Shown here: in pieces, positions 9,265 through 19,447 of the stretch
Numbering within the stretch: position 1 is the stretch's first letter
Layout of the letters: each line of letters starts with the position of its first letter
IMG/VR virus record: IMGVR_UViG_3300005573_000001
DNA: 64,000 nucleotides
Strand: one strand, 5' to 3'
Source of the DNA: a virus
The notes under the pieces: generated by a model
The model's database searches: none
Told to the model about the DNA's origin: nothing
What the model saw: only the letters and a program-made list of their open reading frames with translations
Position numbers and translations under genes: made by a program

Positions 9265-11283
9265 ATGGCATACCCAGTACTAAATAACTGGAGTGCTGTT
9301 CAGAGCGCGCCCCCTATCAGTAAGAATGACCTTATACAGATACAGTACGCTGTCGACGAGTATAGGGCTAAATTCAAACATAGGGATATGACGCCGTTCG
9401 CGTGGCACTTCAAGGGTAATAAACTACAAGGATGGGAAGGTTGCGACATAGTTGGCTCATGTGTAAGGCCAACTGATGTCATGGTTAGCCCAGTACTTGT
9501 AACTGGCGACGACATAGGATGTACTATTACGTGTAATGCAGACGTATACAAGTACTTTAGCATGATGGTTACAGTCGAAGGACACGAGGACGCAGAGGCG
9601 ACACTATCATACTACAGCGACGAAGAGACGGTAGCAGGGTCCGTAAGTCTAATTTGCCCAGCAGGCGGACCATACATAATAGCGCACGACCTATCTAGTG
9701 AGGCAAACTATACCGGTACAATATATCAAATAACCCTAAGCTTCTCCTGCAATGTTCTAATCCAATATGTCAAGATAGACAGTATACAAACAATCTATAT
9801 CGACGAGAGAAGAGTTGTGGAGGCACAATACTTCAATACTATCCTTAATGGCGTAGAAGAAGTATCTAATCCTCCGAGAGCTCCAACCACACAAAGAACC
9901 AACAAGATTGACCTTAGAACAAACTTAGCTAAAGTAGGAAAGCCAACAAGCAAGAAAAAGCTCAGAAACCTGCTTACAGCACTAGAAAACATATATCAGT
10001 CGGCATACAACGGGTGTGCGGCGTGCGATATAAATACCCAAACCTGTACAGTAGCTTACGGCATGGTTGGTTGTGCGACCTGTAATACATGCAACGGATA
10101 TACAGCTTGTAGCTGCGACATGAGTTGCTATGAGGAAAGCGTACGGTGCAGGTGCGAACCAGCGAGTTATGGTGTCCATTGTACATGCAACCAGACGGCA
10201 CACACGGCATGCACCTGTAATACCACACAGTACAGTACGGGCTATGGAGCCGAGGTAACAGCGACATGGGAAGCCACATGCACATATACATACCGTGACA
10301 GACAGAATGCCAGCACGTATGGGTGGCGTGGCGACCCCGAAGATAATTACGAAGGGTGGCACCCATGGATATATCACGGGGCCTTCAGAGACGAGGACGT
10401 AAATCCTATATATCCTGACTACGGATTACATCGAGGGTTTATATTCTTCGATACAGCCAACATCAGAGCCACGCTAGCCGGAGCACAAATCCTAAAGGTA
10501 AGACTATACATAAAACGGGCAGCTACTCCACACGGACAAGTCAATGGCGGGCGCGTAAAGTTCAATCTGCACAACTATGGTCCCGATATATACGAAACCC
10601 CGTTACCAGACATCAGAACGTACCAACCACCAAGTAAGTACTTTGCTAACCCGACGGAACTGTTAAAGTACGGGCCACAAGTAATGCCTAACACGGGGTG
10701 GTTTGCCACCAACGGCAGCGGATATATAGCCGGCACCGATACTCCAGACGGCAGCATATATACGACGTGGCCGCGCGGCACAGCAAGGTGGATAGTCCTA
10801 CCGCTATGGTACGGCACTAAGATAAGAGACGGAGAGGCGCAAGGCATTGTTTTGCATACCAACATTACAGAGGAAGACACTGGCATAGACAATGTAAAGC
10901 GCACGCGCAGCTATAACTACAACAAGAGCTACATGTACTTCTGCAGCTCGCCAATGTCTGCGGGAGCAAAGAAACATTGGCCCAGCTATGTCAAGTGGTG
11001 GGAGCCAGCCAAATTAGAGATTACATACAAACCCCTACTGTGTGGCTGTTATACAAGCAAATATAACCAGTGCCTATGTAATATGGCCAAATACGGGTAC
11101 TCCTGTACATGCGATGGAACAGATATCGCAAGCAGGGTCTGTACATGTAACCAAGCAGCATACGGAGCAACGCCATGCTCAGTATGTGACATAACTAACG
11201 ACGGCTATAGTGCGTGCACGTGCAATATAGGCTGTTACGAGGATACGTGCAGGGATTGTCACAACACTGGATACCATACATAA
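9265..11283 (+). CDS. Cys-rich repeat protein, probably virion/tail-associated; candidate radical SAM substrate
   Basis: Two blocks of 15 Cys each, built of CxC-x4-Y/H units, flank a beta-rich domain (HRGFIFFD..IRATLAGAQILKVRLYIKR). Confidence 0.6.
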   Translation: MAYPVLNNWSAVQSAPPISKNDLIQIQYAVDEYRAKFKHRDMTPFAWHFKGNKLQGWEGCDIVGSCVRPTDVMVSPVLVTGDDIGCTITCNADVYKYFSMMVTVEGHEDAEATLSYYSDEETVAGSVSLICPAGGPYIIAHDLSSEANYTGTIYQITLSFSCNVLIQYVKIDSIQTIYIDERRVVEAQYFNTILNGVEEVSNPPRAPTTQRTNKIDLRTNLAKVGKPTSKKKLRNLLTALENIYQSAYNGCAACDINTQTCTVAYGMVGCATCNTCNGYTACSCDMSCYEESVRCRCEPASYGVHCTCNQTAHTACTCNTTQYSTGYGAEVTATWEATCTYTYRDRQNASTYGWRGDPEDNYEGWHPWIYHGAFRDEDVNPIYPDYGLHRGFIFFDTANIRATLAGAQILKVRLYIKRAATPHGQVNGGRVKFNLHNYGPDIYETPLPDIRTYQPPSKYFANPTELLKYGPQVMPNTGWFATNGSGYIAGTDTPDGSIYTTWPRGTARWIVLPLWYGTKIRDGEAQGIVLHTNITEEDTGIDNVKRTRSYNYNKSYMYFCSSPMSAGAKKHWPSYVKWWEPAKLEITYKPLLCGCYTSKYNQCLCNMAKYGYSCTCDGTDIASRVCTCNQAAYGATPCSVCDITNDGYSACTCNIGCYEDTCRDCHNTGYHT

Positions 11284-11291
11284 GAGAGACA

Positions 11292-12518
11292 ATGGACATT
11301 CGTAACAATCAGGCATTAGACGCGGCCGAAACCTTCCCAGTTACATCAATAACGCTAGAGCTTACGAAGAGATGTCCCCTAGCGTGCGACTACTGTTTTA
11401 GTCATTGTTTCAACAAAGAAACCAACCAGACAGACCTATCCCCTGAAATGGGAAAGAAGGCCATAGACTGGCTGTTCGATCCAAAGACTAACGGTAACGC
11501 CACTTCAGTCGATATAAGCTTCTGGGGTGGCGAACCGTTAGTTAAGTGGGACTTACTAAAGGAGCTTGTACTCTATGCAGAAGGCAAATCCAAAGATTCG
11601 GGCATAGGAGTAACATTCGGCGGGACTACTAACGGTGTACTCCTAACACCAGACAAGTTTGATTTCCTGGATCAACATAGTATATTTTTCCTCCTTTCAA
11701 TAGACGGTACCCGCGAACATCACGATGCCTTTAGGAGGTTCCCGAATGGCAGCGGGTCATGGGACATTATTATGCGTAATGCAGAACAAGTCCTAGCCCG
11801 CTGGCCATTCTATAAAGTAAGATTATCATTCACAGTAGAGCACATAGAAGGCCTGCTTGAAGACATCAAGTGTCTCTACGACAATGGATTTAGAGAAATT
11901 ATATATTCTCCAGTATCGGAAGGGAATTGGACGCACGAAAAGTTGGACACGCTGAAGAGCGTCTTCCATAACATTGCACAATGGTATATGGAGACTAAGA
12001 TAAACGGCAAGCCAATTAGTATTAAATATATAGACGACGGGTGCAACCAGTTAGTCAGACCTATGGGAGAACAAGCTCCATGCGGAGCCGGAAGGGGGTA
12101 CGTAGGGATAGCCGTAGACGGGAGTATCGCACCATGCCACCGATTCCATAAAGTAGACGACATTCGTCCATGGTATGAAAAGGAGACCTGCTTAGGGCAC
12201 ATAGAGTACGGTATACTTAACCACAGCCTAAGGAATCAGTTCACAAGGTGGAAACCAGAGAACGTAATGTGCAGCAGGTGCGGGGCATTTAAGGTATCAT
12301 GTACCGGAGGCTGCTGGGCCAGTAACTATGACATAAACGGAGACATATGCAAACCAACTGAGCCGCTTTGCACAGTATCACAGGTAAACCTAGAGGTTGC
12401 CAAAGCGATACGAGAGACAGAGAGAGAATACTACAAGGCAATAAGCTGCAACCACAACGACATCACGGCATACCTAAGCAAACAGCTCGACATAATAAGA
12501 CAGACCTTAGGAGACTAA
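11292..12518 (+). CDS. radical SAM/SPASM domain protein (anSME/peptide-maturase type)
   Basis: CPLACDYC, FWGGEPL, TTNG, SIDG; SPASM cysteines CGAG..PCHRF..CSRC..CTGGC..C. Confidence 0.93.
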   Translation: MDIRNNQALDAAETFPVTSITLELTKRCPLACDYCFSHCFNKETNQTDLSPEMGKKAIDWLFDPKTNGNATSVDISFWGGEPLVKWDLLKELVLYAEGKSKDSGIGVTFGGTTNGVLLTPDKFDFLDQHSIFFLLSIDGTREHHDAFRRFPNGSGSWDIIMRNAEQVLARWPFYKVRLSFTVEHIEGLLEDIKCLYDNGFREIIYSPVSEGNWTHEKLDTLKSVFHNIAQWYMETKINGKPISIKYIDDGCNQLVRPMGEQAPCGAGRGYVGIAVDGSIAPCHRFHKVDDIRPWYEKETCLGHIEYGILNHSLRNQFTRWKPENVMCSRCGAFKVSCTGGCWASNYDINGDICKPTEPLCTVSQVNLEVAKAIRETEREYYKAISCNHNDITAYLSKQLDIIRQTLGD

Positions 12519-12519
12519 A

Positions 12520-12873
12520 GTGGAAGACGTACTACAATTCATGGTCATAGAAGCTGTAGAAGACGGGACAGTCATTATAGTACGCATACTATTTACTGAG
12601 GCATCGCTCATACTACTAAGCAGAATGTGCGCAGTAGACGAGGACATAATTGAGGACGTAGAGAAGGCGATATTGGAAGATGACGAGGCTAGGAAGAATC
12701 TAACCGAAGAAGACAAGGACGACATAATTTGTCTAGCCGAGCTCACGGGCATAATAAGCAACTTCATAAAACAGTACATATGCAGCGATGCTAATGCAAT
12801 AGCTATACGCCCAACCAGTAACGAGTACGGCAATGAGTTCGAGGCCATAATTTCAATCAAGAAAGAGAGTTAA
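12520..12873 (+). CDS. acidic hypothetical protein
   Basis: GTG start with AGGAG RBS directly after the rSAM gene. Confidence 0.55.
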   Translation: MEDVLQFMVIEAVEDGTVIIVRILFTEASLILLSRMCAVDEDIIEDVEKAILEDDEARKNLTEEDKDDIICLAELTGIISNFIKQYICSDANAIAIRPTSNEYGNEFEAIISIKKES

Positions 12874-13017
12874 GTACCGTGGGACCTTACCTGTTAGGCT
12901 ACAGGCAAGAAGACAGTTAGGGAGGACAATAATACTGGAGCTATACACAAAGCATGTAAAGCAACAGACGCGCTAGCCACCGCATACATACACTTACCTA
13001 AAGGGGAGCAAGTCTAG

Positions 13018-13275
13018 ATGCTAATAACAAGGAACAACATAAGTGTAGAAATCAGTTTAGAGGAGCTTAAAGAAATTACTAGTTCCGAACAACTAATACA
13101 GTTTATCTTAGAGATTACGGCAGTGCCGGGACAAAACGAGCTGCCAGTAATCCAAAAATCCCCCAAGATGACACCCACCAATAAATATAACATCCTCGAC
13201 AGCGCTATTACCGACATAATCAAGGATAACATCAGGAAAGACTATGGAAGATCAGAAAACAATATCGCCGAGTGA
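13018..13275 (+). CDS. hypothetical protein
   Basis: ORF with GGGGAG RBS. Confidence 0.5.
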   Translation: MLITRNNISVEISLEELKEITSSEQLIQFILEITAVPGQNELPVIQKSPKMTPTNKYNILDSAITDIIKDNIRKDYGRSENNIAE

Positions 13276-14059
13276 CTACGAGGAAATCGACAAGTTAGTC
13301 CTAAGGTACCAAAGCGGCGACAGCAAGGCAGCGGAAAGGCTCATAGTGGTTTTCGAACCGCTTATAAAAAAGTACTACTCTATCATAAGAACCGAGTGTA
13401 TAAGTTATAACGACTGGGATACACGACGCTTCCTGCGCCTATTCTGTCCCAGTAAAGAAATAAGGAAGCGCTTCCTACACAAGCCCTTCATGATGCGCTA
13501 CAAACAATACATTGAGGCCGCACTTACGGCGCTACATAGAATGTGCGATCCATTACCCAGCGAAGATATAAGACAAGAGTTAATCACACAGCTCTTAGAA
13601 ATAGCCCATAAATACAAGCCACCAGAGAATAAAAGATCATCATTCTGTAACTACCTAGAAATTTCGTACCCATTCTATATTTACAGAGCCATAATGAAAC
13701 TCACGAGAGAACCGTGCGCCTATAACACAGAACATTCAGTGTCGTACGACGCATACAGGTACATAATCGAGAAGACGTCGGTATACAGAATGGAAGACTC
13801 ATGTATAAACAGTTTACTATGTAACCAAGCTCTAAAGATGTTAGACCCTATACAAAAATACATACTAGATATGTATTATAATCAAGGATTAAATGATACA
13901 AGCATTAGTAAAATTATGGGATATAGCCGACAGTATATACATAGGATAAGACAAGAGGCTGAAAACATTATAGCAGCTCAATTAGGACCGGAGTATAAAA
14001 GAATTTTAACGGCTAAGAGTAAGAGACATACGAAAGATGCCAAAGATCACACACTGTAA
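13244..14059 (+). CDS. phage sigma70-family sigma factor
   Basis: LVLRYQSGDSKAAERLI, EDIRQE..FCNY (region 2); C-terminal HTH ISKIMGYSRQYIHRIR (region 4). Confidence 0.8.
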   Translation: MEDQKTISPSDYEEIDKLVLRYQSGDSKAAERLIVVFEPLIKKYYSIIRTECISYNDWDTRRFLRLFCPSKEIRKRFLHKPFMMRYKQYIEAALTALHRMCDPLPSEDIRQELITQLLEIAHKYKPPENKRSSFCNYLEISYPFYIYRAIMKLTREPCAYNTEHSVSYDAYRYIIEKTSVYRMEDSCINSLLCNQALKMLDPIQKYILDMYYNQGLNDTSISKIMGYSRQYIHRIRQEAENIIAAQLGPEYKRILTAKSKRHTKDAKDHTL

Positions 14060-14537
14060 GGGATGCGGTAAAGAGATTTCATATCAGACTAAGCCACCGC
14101 AGTATTGTGCAGAATGTAAGACAAAGACTACAACCAAACATAAAAAGGGACCGTTCAAATGGAAAAAAGAGGCCCACCTGTTTCATATCCTAGGAGAACT
14201 ATGCAAGAACTACGAGTGCATATACAATGGGTATTACTCGTGGCTTGTGTCTCCTAAGGGAGAACCTATGCAGCTAGACTGGTATTGTCCTGAGCTAAAA
14301 GTAGCGGTCGAACTACAAGGAAGGCAACATTACGAATATTCAAACTATTTTCACAAAAGCAAGCGAGCATTTAGGTATCTACAGGAATGTGACGCACTAA
14401 AGGTAGTGCAGTGTACAGAACACGGGGTCAAACTAATTATAGTAAAGTACGACAACACAATAACCAAAGAGTACATGCTAACCAAACTAAGGGAACAAAT
14501 CCCAGACATAGAGAAAGTAATAGGTCTTGACCAGTAA
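14037..14537 (+). CDS. Zn-ribbon plus Vsr/DUF559-like endonuclease
   Basis: CKGCG..YCAEC; LDWYCPELKVAVELQGRQHY. Confidence 0.75.
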   Translation: MPKITHCKGCGKEISYQTKPPQYCAECKTKTTTKHKKGPFKWKKEAHLFHILGELCKNYECIYNGYYSWLVSPKGEPMQLDWYCPELKVAVELQGRQHYEYSNYFHKSKRAFRYLQECDALKVVQCTEHGVKLIIVKYDNTITKEYMLTKLREQIPDIEKVIGLDQ

Positions 14538-14555
14538 CTACAACTACAGTATAAT
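14527..14555 (+). promoter_or_regulatory. SigA-type promoter upstream of the Cas4-like gene
   Basis: TTGACC-17 bp-TATAAT. Confidence 0.7.
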
Positions 14556-14565
14556 AGGAGATAAG

Positions 14566-15336
14566 ATGACATTTACAGACGCACTTTATGAAGCAATAAT
14601 TGCCGAGAATATAGAGGATGCGAGTAAACACACAGAGCCTCACATTTACCCGAGTAGCATAGGGTCCTGCTCACGTAAAATAGCCTATGAAGTATTAGGG
14701 TACAAGGGAGAGGATGAAGAGCCTATTGCCTTAATGCGAATGAAAAACGGCACCTACTTCCATGAACGCGTAGAAGCCCTAATTAAGAGGACAGACATAT
14801 ACATAGCTAACGAATACAGGGTAGTCAACGCAAGTAAAAAAATATCAGGGCGGAGCGACCTATTAATTAAAAACATTTACCCGCATAAGCCATCTAATAA
14901 TATTATCAAGCTATATAGGGCCACAGAAACAGAGGAAGAGCCCGAGGTATTATACGAAGGACCAGACAATGATATAATGATCGTAGAGCTGAAGAGCATA
15001 AAGTCCAAGAAATACGCGCAACTACTAAGAGATAATAGTCCTAAGAAAGAGCATGAAATGCAGCTGCAATTGTACATGGAAGAGACGGGTATCAAAGCGG
15101 GACTAATAGTATACGAGAACAAGGATACCCAAGCCATGAAAGAGTTCATTGTAAACTATGACCCCGATATAGTAGCGGCCGTCAATACACAAATAAATCT
15201 AGTATGCGAACATATAGATAGAGGGGAGCTACCACCAAGAGAATACAGCCAATCAGACGGAGAATGCTTCTGGTGTAAGTATAAGCAATACTGTTGGAAA
15301 GACGAAGACGCTCTAGATCTACATAAGCTCTTCTAG
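14566..15336 (+). CDS. Cas4-like PD-(D/E)XK exonuclease (Fe-S type), not CRISPR-associated
   Basis: PSSIGSCSR, GTYFHE, GRSD, ELKS, QLQLY, CFWCKYKQYC. Confidence 0.85.
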   Translation: MTFTDALYEAIIAENIEDASKHTEPHIYPSSIGSCSRKIAYEVLGYKGEDEEPIALMRMKNGTYFHERVEALIKRTDIYIANEYRVVNASKKISGRSDLLIKNIYPHKPSNNIIKLYRATETEEEPEVLYEGPDNDIMIVELKSIKSKKYAQLLRDNSPKKEHEMQLQLYMEETGIKAGLIVYENKDTQAMKEFIVNYDPDIVAAVNTQINLVCEHIDRGELPPREYSQSDGECFWCKYKQYCWKDEDALDLHKLF

Positions 15337-15370
15337 TCAACCACATATAGTAACCCCTAGGGAAAACAAC

Positions 15371-15417
15371 AAAAAAAGACAATAGCTAGTCTAAGGACTA
15401 ACTATTGTTTTATTTTT
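15371..15417. terminator. probable bidirectional intrinsic terminator between convergent gene blocks
   Basis: Hairpin ACAATAG-C-TAGTC-TAAG-GACTA-A-CTATTGT flanked by an A tract and a T tract. Confidence 0.7.
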
Positions 15418-15857
15418 AAGGGTTTTGGATTACGTGTAAGCAAATAAGCCTCAACAGCATCAGCAGTATTCAGTTGCCTGTCTTCCTCGGTGGTCACATC
15501 AAGAGGAACAAGGTACATGACATACTGACAATCTGAAGACATCGAGAAGTACATAATAGTATGACCAAGCGAGTCAGTGTCAACCAAGTAGAAAGCCCCG
15601 GGACGATCTAAGAAACGCAACAACTTAAAATCCACATCAGCAAAGTCTTCAGTACTAACGAGGATATAGCGAGGAGACGACAAACCAGTAGGTAAATACG
15701 ACGAAAGTAACGGGTTTACCTCAAGAGTACCAGAGGAGATGTCACTAAAGACAGAGAGCGGAAGGTCAAAAGCTATAAACAAGAGACGATATGCTTGGCA
15801 AGCAGGAAAGACAACGTCCTCAAACCAGCGGCGCAAACGTAAACGTGCACGTGTCAT
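15402..15857 (-). CDS. hypothetical protein
   Basis: ATG with AGGAG RBS. Confidence 0.55.
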   Translation of the reverse strand: MTRARLRLRRWFEDVVFPACQAYRLLFIAFDLPLSVFSDISSGTLEVNPLLSSYLPTGLSSPRYILVSTEDFADVDFKLLRFLDRPGAFYLVDTDSLGHTIMYFSMSSDCQYVMYLVPLDVTTEEDRQLNTADAVEAYLLTRNPKPLKIKQ

Positions 15858-15868
15858 AGAGTAGGCTC

Positions 15869-18532
15869 CTAGGAATTATATTTACGAATCAACTTGCGCA
15901 TAACGCCATAAGTAAGCTTAGAGACAGTATCGCGCTCCTTATCACTGCGCTCTACTACCAAATCGGCATACTCTTGCTTCTTATAGAGGACACGACGTAT
16001 CCTATCGTCGACACCGTCATGAGCAAGTAAGTTAATTATAGTAACAGATGCATGAGTACTAGTAAGCCTATGTATTCTAGCTACACGCTGAGCCCAGACA
16101 GCCGGATTCCAAGGCAGATCCATATTAATTAGGGCCGAAGCAACTTCTAAATTTAAACCATAGTTACCGGCGTCCGTACTGACAAAGAACATAACCTGAG
16201 AATCATTCCTAAAGCGATCCAAGAGAGCTTGGCGGTCCTTAGAAGGTACAGAACCGTTAAGAATAACAGAAGCACCAAACTTCTCAGTAACTTGCAGGAC
16301 AAGGGCCTGGAAGCGAGCAAACTCAGTAAAAATAGCTATCTTGGAGTGGCCAGCACGCACAAGATCACGAATTATCTGTTCAAGCTCAACAAGCTTCGGG
16401 GCACGCTCGGTATAATCGATAGCATACCTCCTAGCCAAGCCAGCATCAGACATAGACAGGAGGTCTGGGGAATCACAGACTTCCTGTAACAGAGAAAACA
16501 TAGCGTGCATGCGGTCCTCATAGGGATCAGACGCATCTAACACATCGGAATCAGGAGTCGGCCTCGGCTTACGCATAAGCTCGTAGAGGTCGTTACTAAT
16601 ACGAGTATGCAGGGCCGCCTGCTGTGGCGTCATCTGAACTCGATAATCATTAACAACTATTTCAGGCAACTGAGGAGCTACATCCTTCTTAAGCCTGCGC
16701 ATAATATAAGGAGAGAGCTCCTGATTCAGGGCAGCCAAATTACGGTATCCTACTACCATACGAGGACGACCGTACTTTACGCCAAAGCATATAAACTTCT
16801 TGCAGAAGTCAGACCAGCGGCCTAGTATAGCAGGGTTAATGAAGGCAAAGATACTGAATATCTCATCTGGACAATTCTGCAATGGAGTACCAGTCATACA
16901 AACTTTGTAGGGTGCATTCAGTCGCCTAAGAACGGCACTAGTCTTAGACTCCCAAGAGCTTATTCGGTGAGCCTCATCAAGAACAACAAAGTCAAAGTCT
17001 AACTCTAAGAGTGTGTCAATGTCAATCCGAGCAAGCTCATAGTTGATAATCGTAAAGAGAGGAGACCTTTGACGAATATCCTCATAAAGAATCGCACGCT
17101 TACGCGGAGGCCCATCAATAACAACAGGCGTGATACGATCAGTCAGAAACTTATAAAGCTCGGCTTCCCACTGATACTTAAGAGAAGCCGGACATACGAT
17201 AAGGCTCTTCTTAATACGAGCATCGCGGTACAAGCGCCATATAGCATAGGTAGCCTGAACGGTATTGTGCGTTAGAATACAATGCTCCGTTACATAGAGT
17301 TTGTCGGGAGCTTCGACGGCTATACAAACAGCTTCAGCCATACGCACATACTGAACAGACTGAAAGACACGATAAGGACGAACCGGAACGTATCTGGAAA
17401 GACGAGCAGGAGTCCTAAAAGGCATAAGCCAGCTGGGAAAATACATAGAGACACGGTACCTACGACCGCGGGACGTAACAGAAGCAGAACCACCTAGGTT
17501 CTCTACTAAAGCTTGAACGCTATTAGCTAAAGACTCGAATAACGTAAAGAAGCATACATCAGAACGGCGAGAAGAGATTAGACCACCCGTATCAAGGAGT
17601 CCTTGTAGCAAGTCAACACGGTCCTGAACGGAAGCCTCTAGATAAATTTGGGGGATAAAGGGACTGGTAGGACCAAGACCGAGACATAAAGTACGCAACC
17701 GAGTCAACTCAGGGTAATCAGGCAAGGTAGCAAGCGCAGTATCATCAGGGACCATAGCAATTAGAGCTAAGTAGCGTCCTACAGTATAGGGATCCACAGG
17801 CAAAGCAACCCGATTAAAGCGTATAGGACCGGTAAGCATAGGACAATAGAGGGCTGTCCGCGACAAGTCAAGCAAGGTACCATCCGCAGCGCGTACTTTA
17901 GGCAGCGTCATCAGTTGAGCAGTAGTTACCGTAAGAGTAGCCCACGTATTACCGACCCTATAACGCACAGTCCACAAGTGCTGAAGCCCGGCTTCGACGG
18001 AGGAACCGTCAGACAAAGTAACACGATAAATAGGCTTAATACCTTGTGGATATATACCGATAACTTTCGTAGGCATTCCATCAGAACCAATGACATAATC
18101 ACCAACCTGAAGAGACGAGATGGGGGCCCAGCCAGTTGGAGTACATACTAGAGTATCGACAGGATGCTCCTTACCGAGCCCCATCTCATCAGCCAGCATA
18201 CACTGCTTCACATTATAAATAAAATCAGCTCCTACTATCTGGAAAGGGTAAGGGCGCAAAGCAAAGTCATCAATGTAGTCTATAGGTACGTCGCCAGAAG
18301 GGGTATACAAGGCTATAGGAAGGTCCATAGGAACCTCTGCCCAAAGCAACTTAGTAATGCGAGACAGAGAACAAACTTGGTCGTAAGCGGACCTTGGAAC
18401 GTTCCAAAGGCGATTGATATACTGACGCCCGGGAATAGCTCGGATAACACTAAGAACAGAGTTAAAAGATTCAGAACTCTCGTTAAGTATCGAGAGCTGA
18501 ATCTTATCATTATAAAGGGTAGCTATAACCAT
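15869..18532 (-). CDS. SNF2-family helicase containing an intein
   Basis: LADEMGLGK|TVQ, DEAH, TGTPLQN, QRVARIHR motifs. Confidence 0.92.
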   Translation of the reverse strand: MVIATLYNDKIQLSILNESSESFNSVLSVIRAIPGRQYINRLWNVPRSAYDQVCSLSRITKLLWAEVPMDLPIALYTPSGDVPIDYIDDFALRPYPFQIVGADFIYNVKQCMLADEMGLGKEHPVDTLVCTPTGWAPISSLQVGDYVIGSDGMPTKVIGIYPQGIKPIYRVTLSDGSSVEAGLQHLWTVRYRVGNTWATLTVTTAQLMTLPKVRAADGTLLDLSRTALYCPMLTGPIRFNRVALPVDPYTVGRYLALIAMVPDDTALATLPDYPELTRLRTLCLGLGPTSPFIPQIYLEASVQDRVDLLQGLLDTGGLISSRRSDVCFFTLFESLANSVQALVENLGGSASVTSRGRRYRVSMYFPSWLMPFRTPARLSRYVPVRPYRVFQSVQYVRMAEAVCIAVEAPDKLYVTEHCILTHNTVQATYAIWRLYRDARIKKSLIVCPASLKYQWEAELYKFLTDRITPVVIDGPPRKRAILYEDIRQRSPLFTIINYELARIDIDTLLELDFDFVVLDEAHRISSWESKTSAVLRRLNAPYKVCMTGTPLQNCPDEIFSIFAFINPAILGRWSDFCKKFICFGVKYGRPRMVVGYRNLAALNQELSPYIMRRLKKDVAPQLPEIVVNDYRVQMTPQQAALHTRISNDLYELMRKPRPTPDSDVLDASDPYEDRMHAMFSLLQEVCDSPDLLSMSDAGLARRYAIDYTERAPKLVELEQIIRDLVRAGHSKIAIFTEFARFQALVLQVTEKFGASVILNGSVPSKDRQALLDRFRNDSQVMFFVSTDAGNYGLNLEVASALINMDLPWNPAVWAQRVARIHRLTSTHASVTIINLLAHDGVDDRIRRVLYKKQEYADLVVERSDKERDTVSKLTYGVMRKLIRKYNS
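17264..18169 (-). mobile_element. class 3-type intein (302 aa) in the SNF2 Walker A motif
   Basis: Starts EHPVDTLVCTPTGW, HLW in block B, VCIAV in block F, ends LTHN|T; LLQGLLDTGG LAGLIDADG remnant. Confidence 0.88.
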
Positions 18533-18895
18533 TTATTCTCCAAATACAGAAGTAATAATATCTAACAGGAACTTACGGCTTTGCAGGACAAAGCGCCTAT
18601 TACGAGAAATAGTCTCAGGGGAAGTAGCATGCTCAGAAAGCTCATGTAGTAGGGAATCAGAAATGTCAATATTGTCAAAGAGCTTCCAATATAGTAGGGT
18701 CAACAAAGTCTGATTAACACAGGCTGCGGGAACACGGCGTAGAATCCACTTCACACGGTCAAATACCGTATGGGGCATGTCATTATTCTGTAGACTGGGA
18801 GTCATTAGTGTCTCCAAAATACTTACAGTAGACATTAGAGAGCAAACGAGCCTTGAACTTACGAGTTCGGCGGTAAAAATCACGGGTTTCCTCAT
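18533..18895 (-). CDS. hypothetical protein (true start probably near 18783)
   Basis: C-terminal SPETISRNRR; abuts the SNF2 start. Confidence 0.5.
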   Translation of the reverse strand: MRKPVIFTAELVSSRLVCSLMSTVSILETLMTPSLQNNDMPHTVFDRVKWILRRVPAACVNQTLLTLLYWKLFDNIDISDSLLHELSEHATSPETISRNRRFVLQSRKFLLDIITSVFGE

Positions 18896-19202
18896 CTAAA
18901 GCTGGATTATCGGAGTAGTCATTAGATAATACATCCTGCACTAGAGCCAACGCAGCAGAGAAAGCGTCAAAACCATCTATAATGTATAAAGATATAGCTA
19001 AGGGTTCTATATCTGCTCTAAACTTAGTATAAAGTGTATAGACCTGCTCAAGCTCGGCAAAAGCAGCACGCAGAGCCATCGCGTAAGCTCCATCACCAGC
19101 CGATGGAGGCGAAAGCGGAGCAGGTCTAGTAGAACCAGACTTAGGAATCTCTAAGCCATTATCATGACCAAAGTAGAAATCAAACATGTCACTATCGGAC
19201 AT
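18783..19202 (-). CDS. hypothetical protein
   Basis: ORF in a tightly packed operon. Confidence 0.55.
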   Translation of the reverse strand: MSDSDMFDFYFGHDNGLEIPKSGSTRPAPLSPPSAGDGAYAMALRAAFAELEQVYTLYTKFRADIEPLAISLYIIDGFDAFSAALALVQDVLSNDYSDNPALDEETRDFYRRTRKFKARLLSNVYCKYFGDTNDSQSTE

Positions 19203-19204
19203 AA

Positions 19205-19447
19205 TTACTCGTCAGCCTCCTCAAGTAAGTCATCATAATTAATTTCAGAAGACCCTATAGAAGGGTTAGTAGAAGCAAGAGTCAGACAGTCACGAAGAAG
19301 ATTACGTTCCTCATCTCTCTCGGCAGCAGACTGTCGGTAAACTTCAGACTCTACTAGCATACGCATGAGCGCAGCTTGATCTAAAACAAGAGACTCCTCA
19401 TCAGTGTTCTCACACTGCTGTTGTAAGTAGTCTATATAACTAGTCAA
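19205..19447 (-). CDS. acidic hypothetical protein
   Basis: AAAGGAG RBS. Confidence 0.55.
   Translation of the reverse strand: MTSYIDYLQQQCENTDEESLVLDQAALMRMLVESEVYRQSAAERDEERNLLRDCLTLASTNPSIGSSEINYDDLLEEADE

Noticed and set aside
8083-15336. Cas4-like genes as part of a CRISPR-Cas system
   Set aside because: There is no cas1/cas2 or array; solo Cas4-like nucleases are common in phages.
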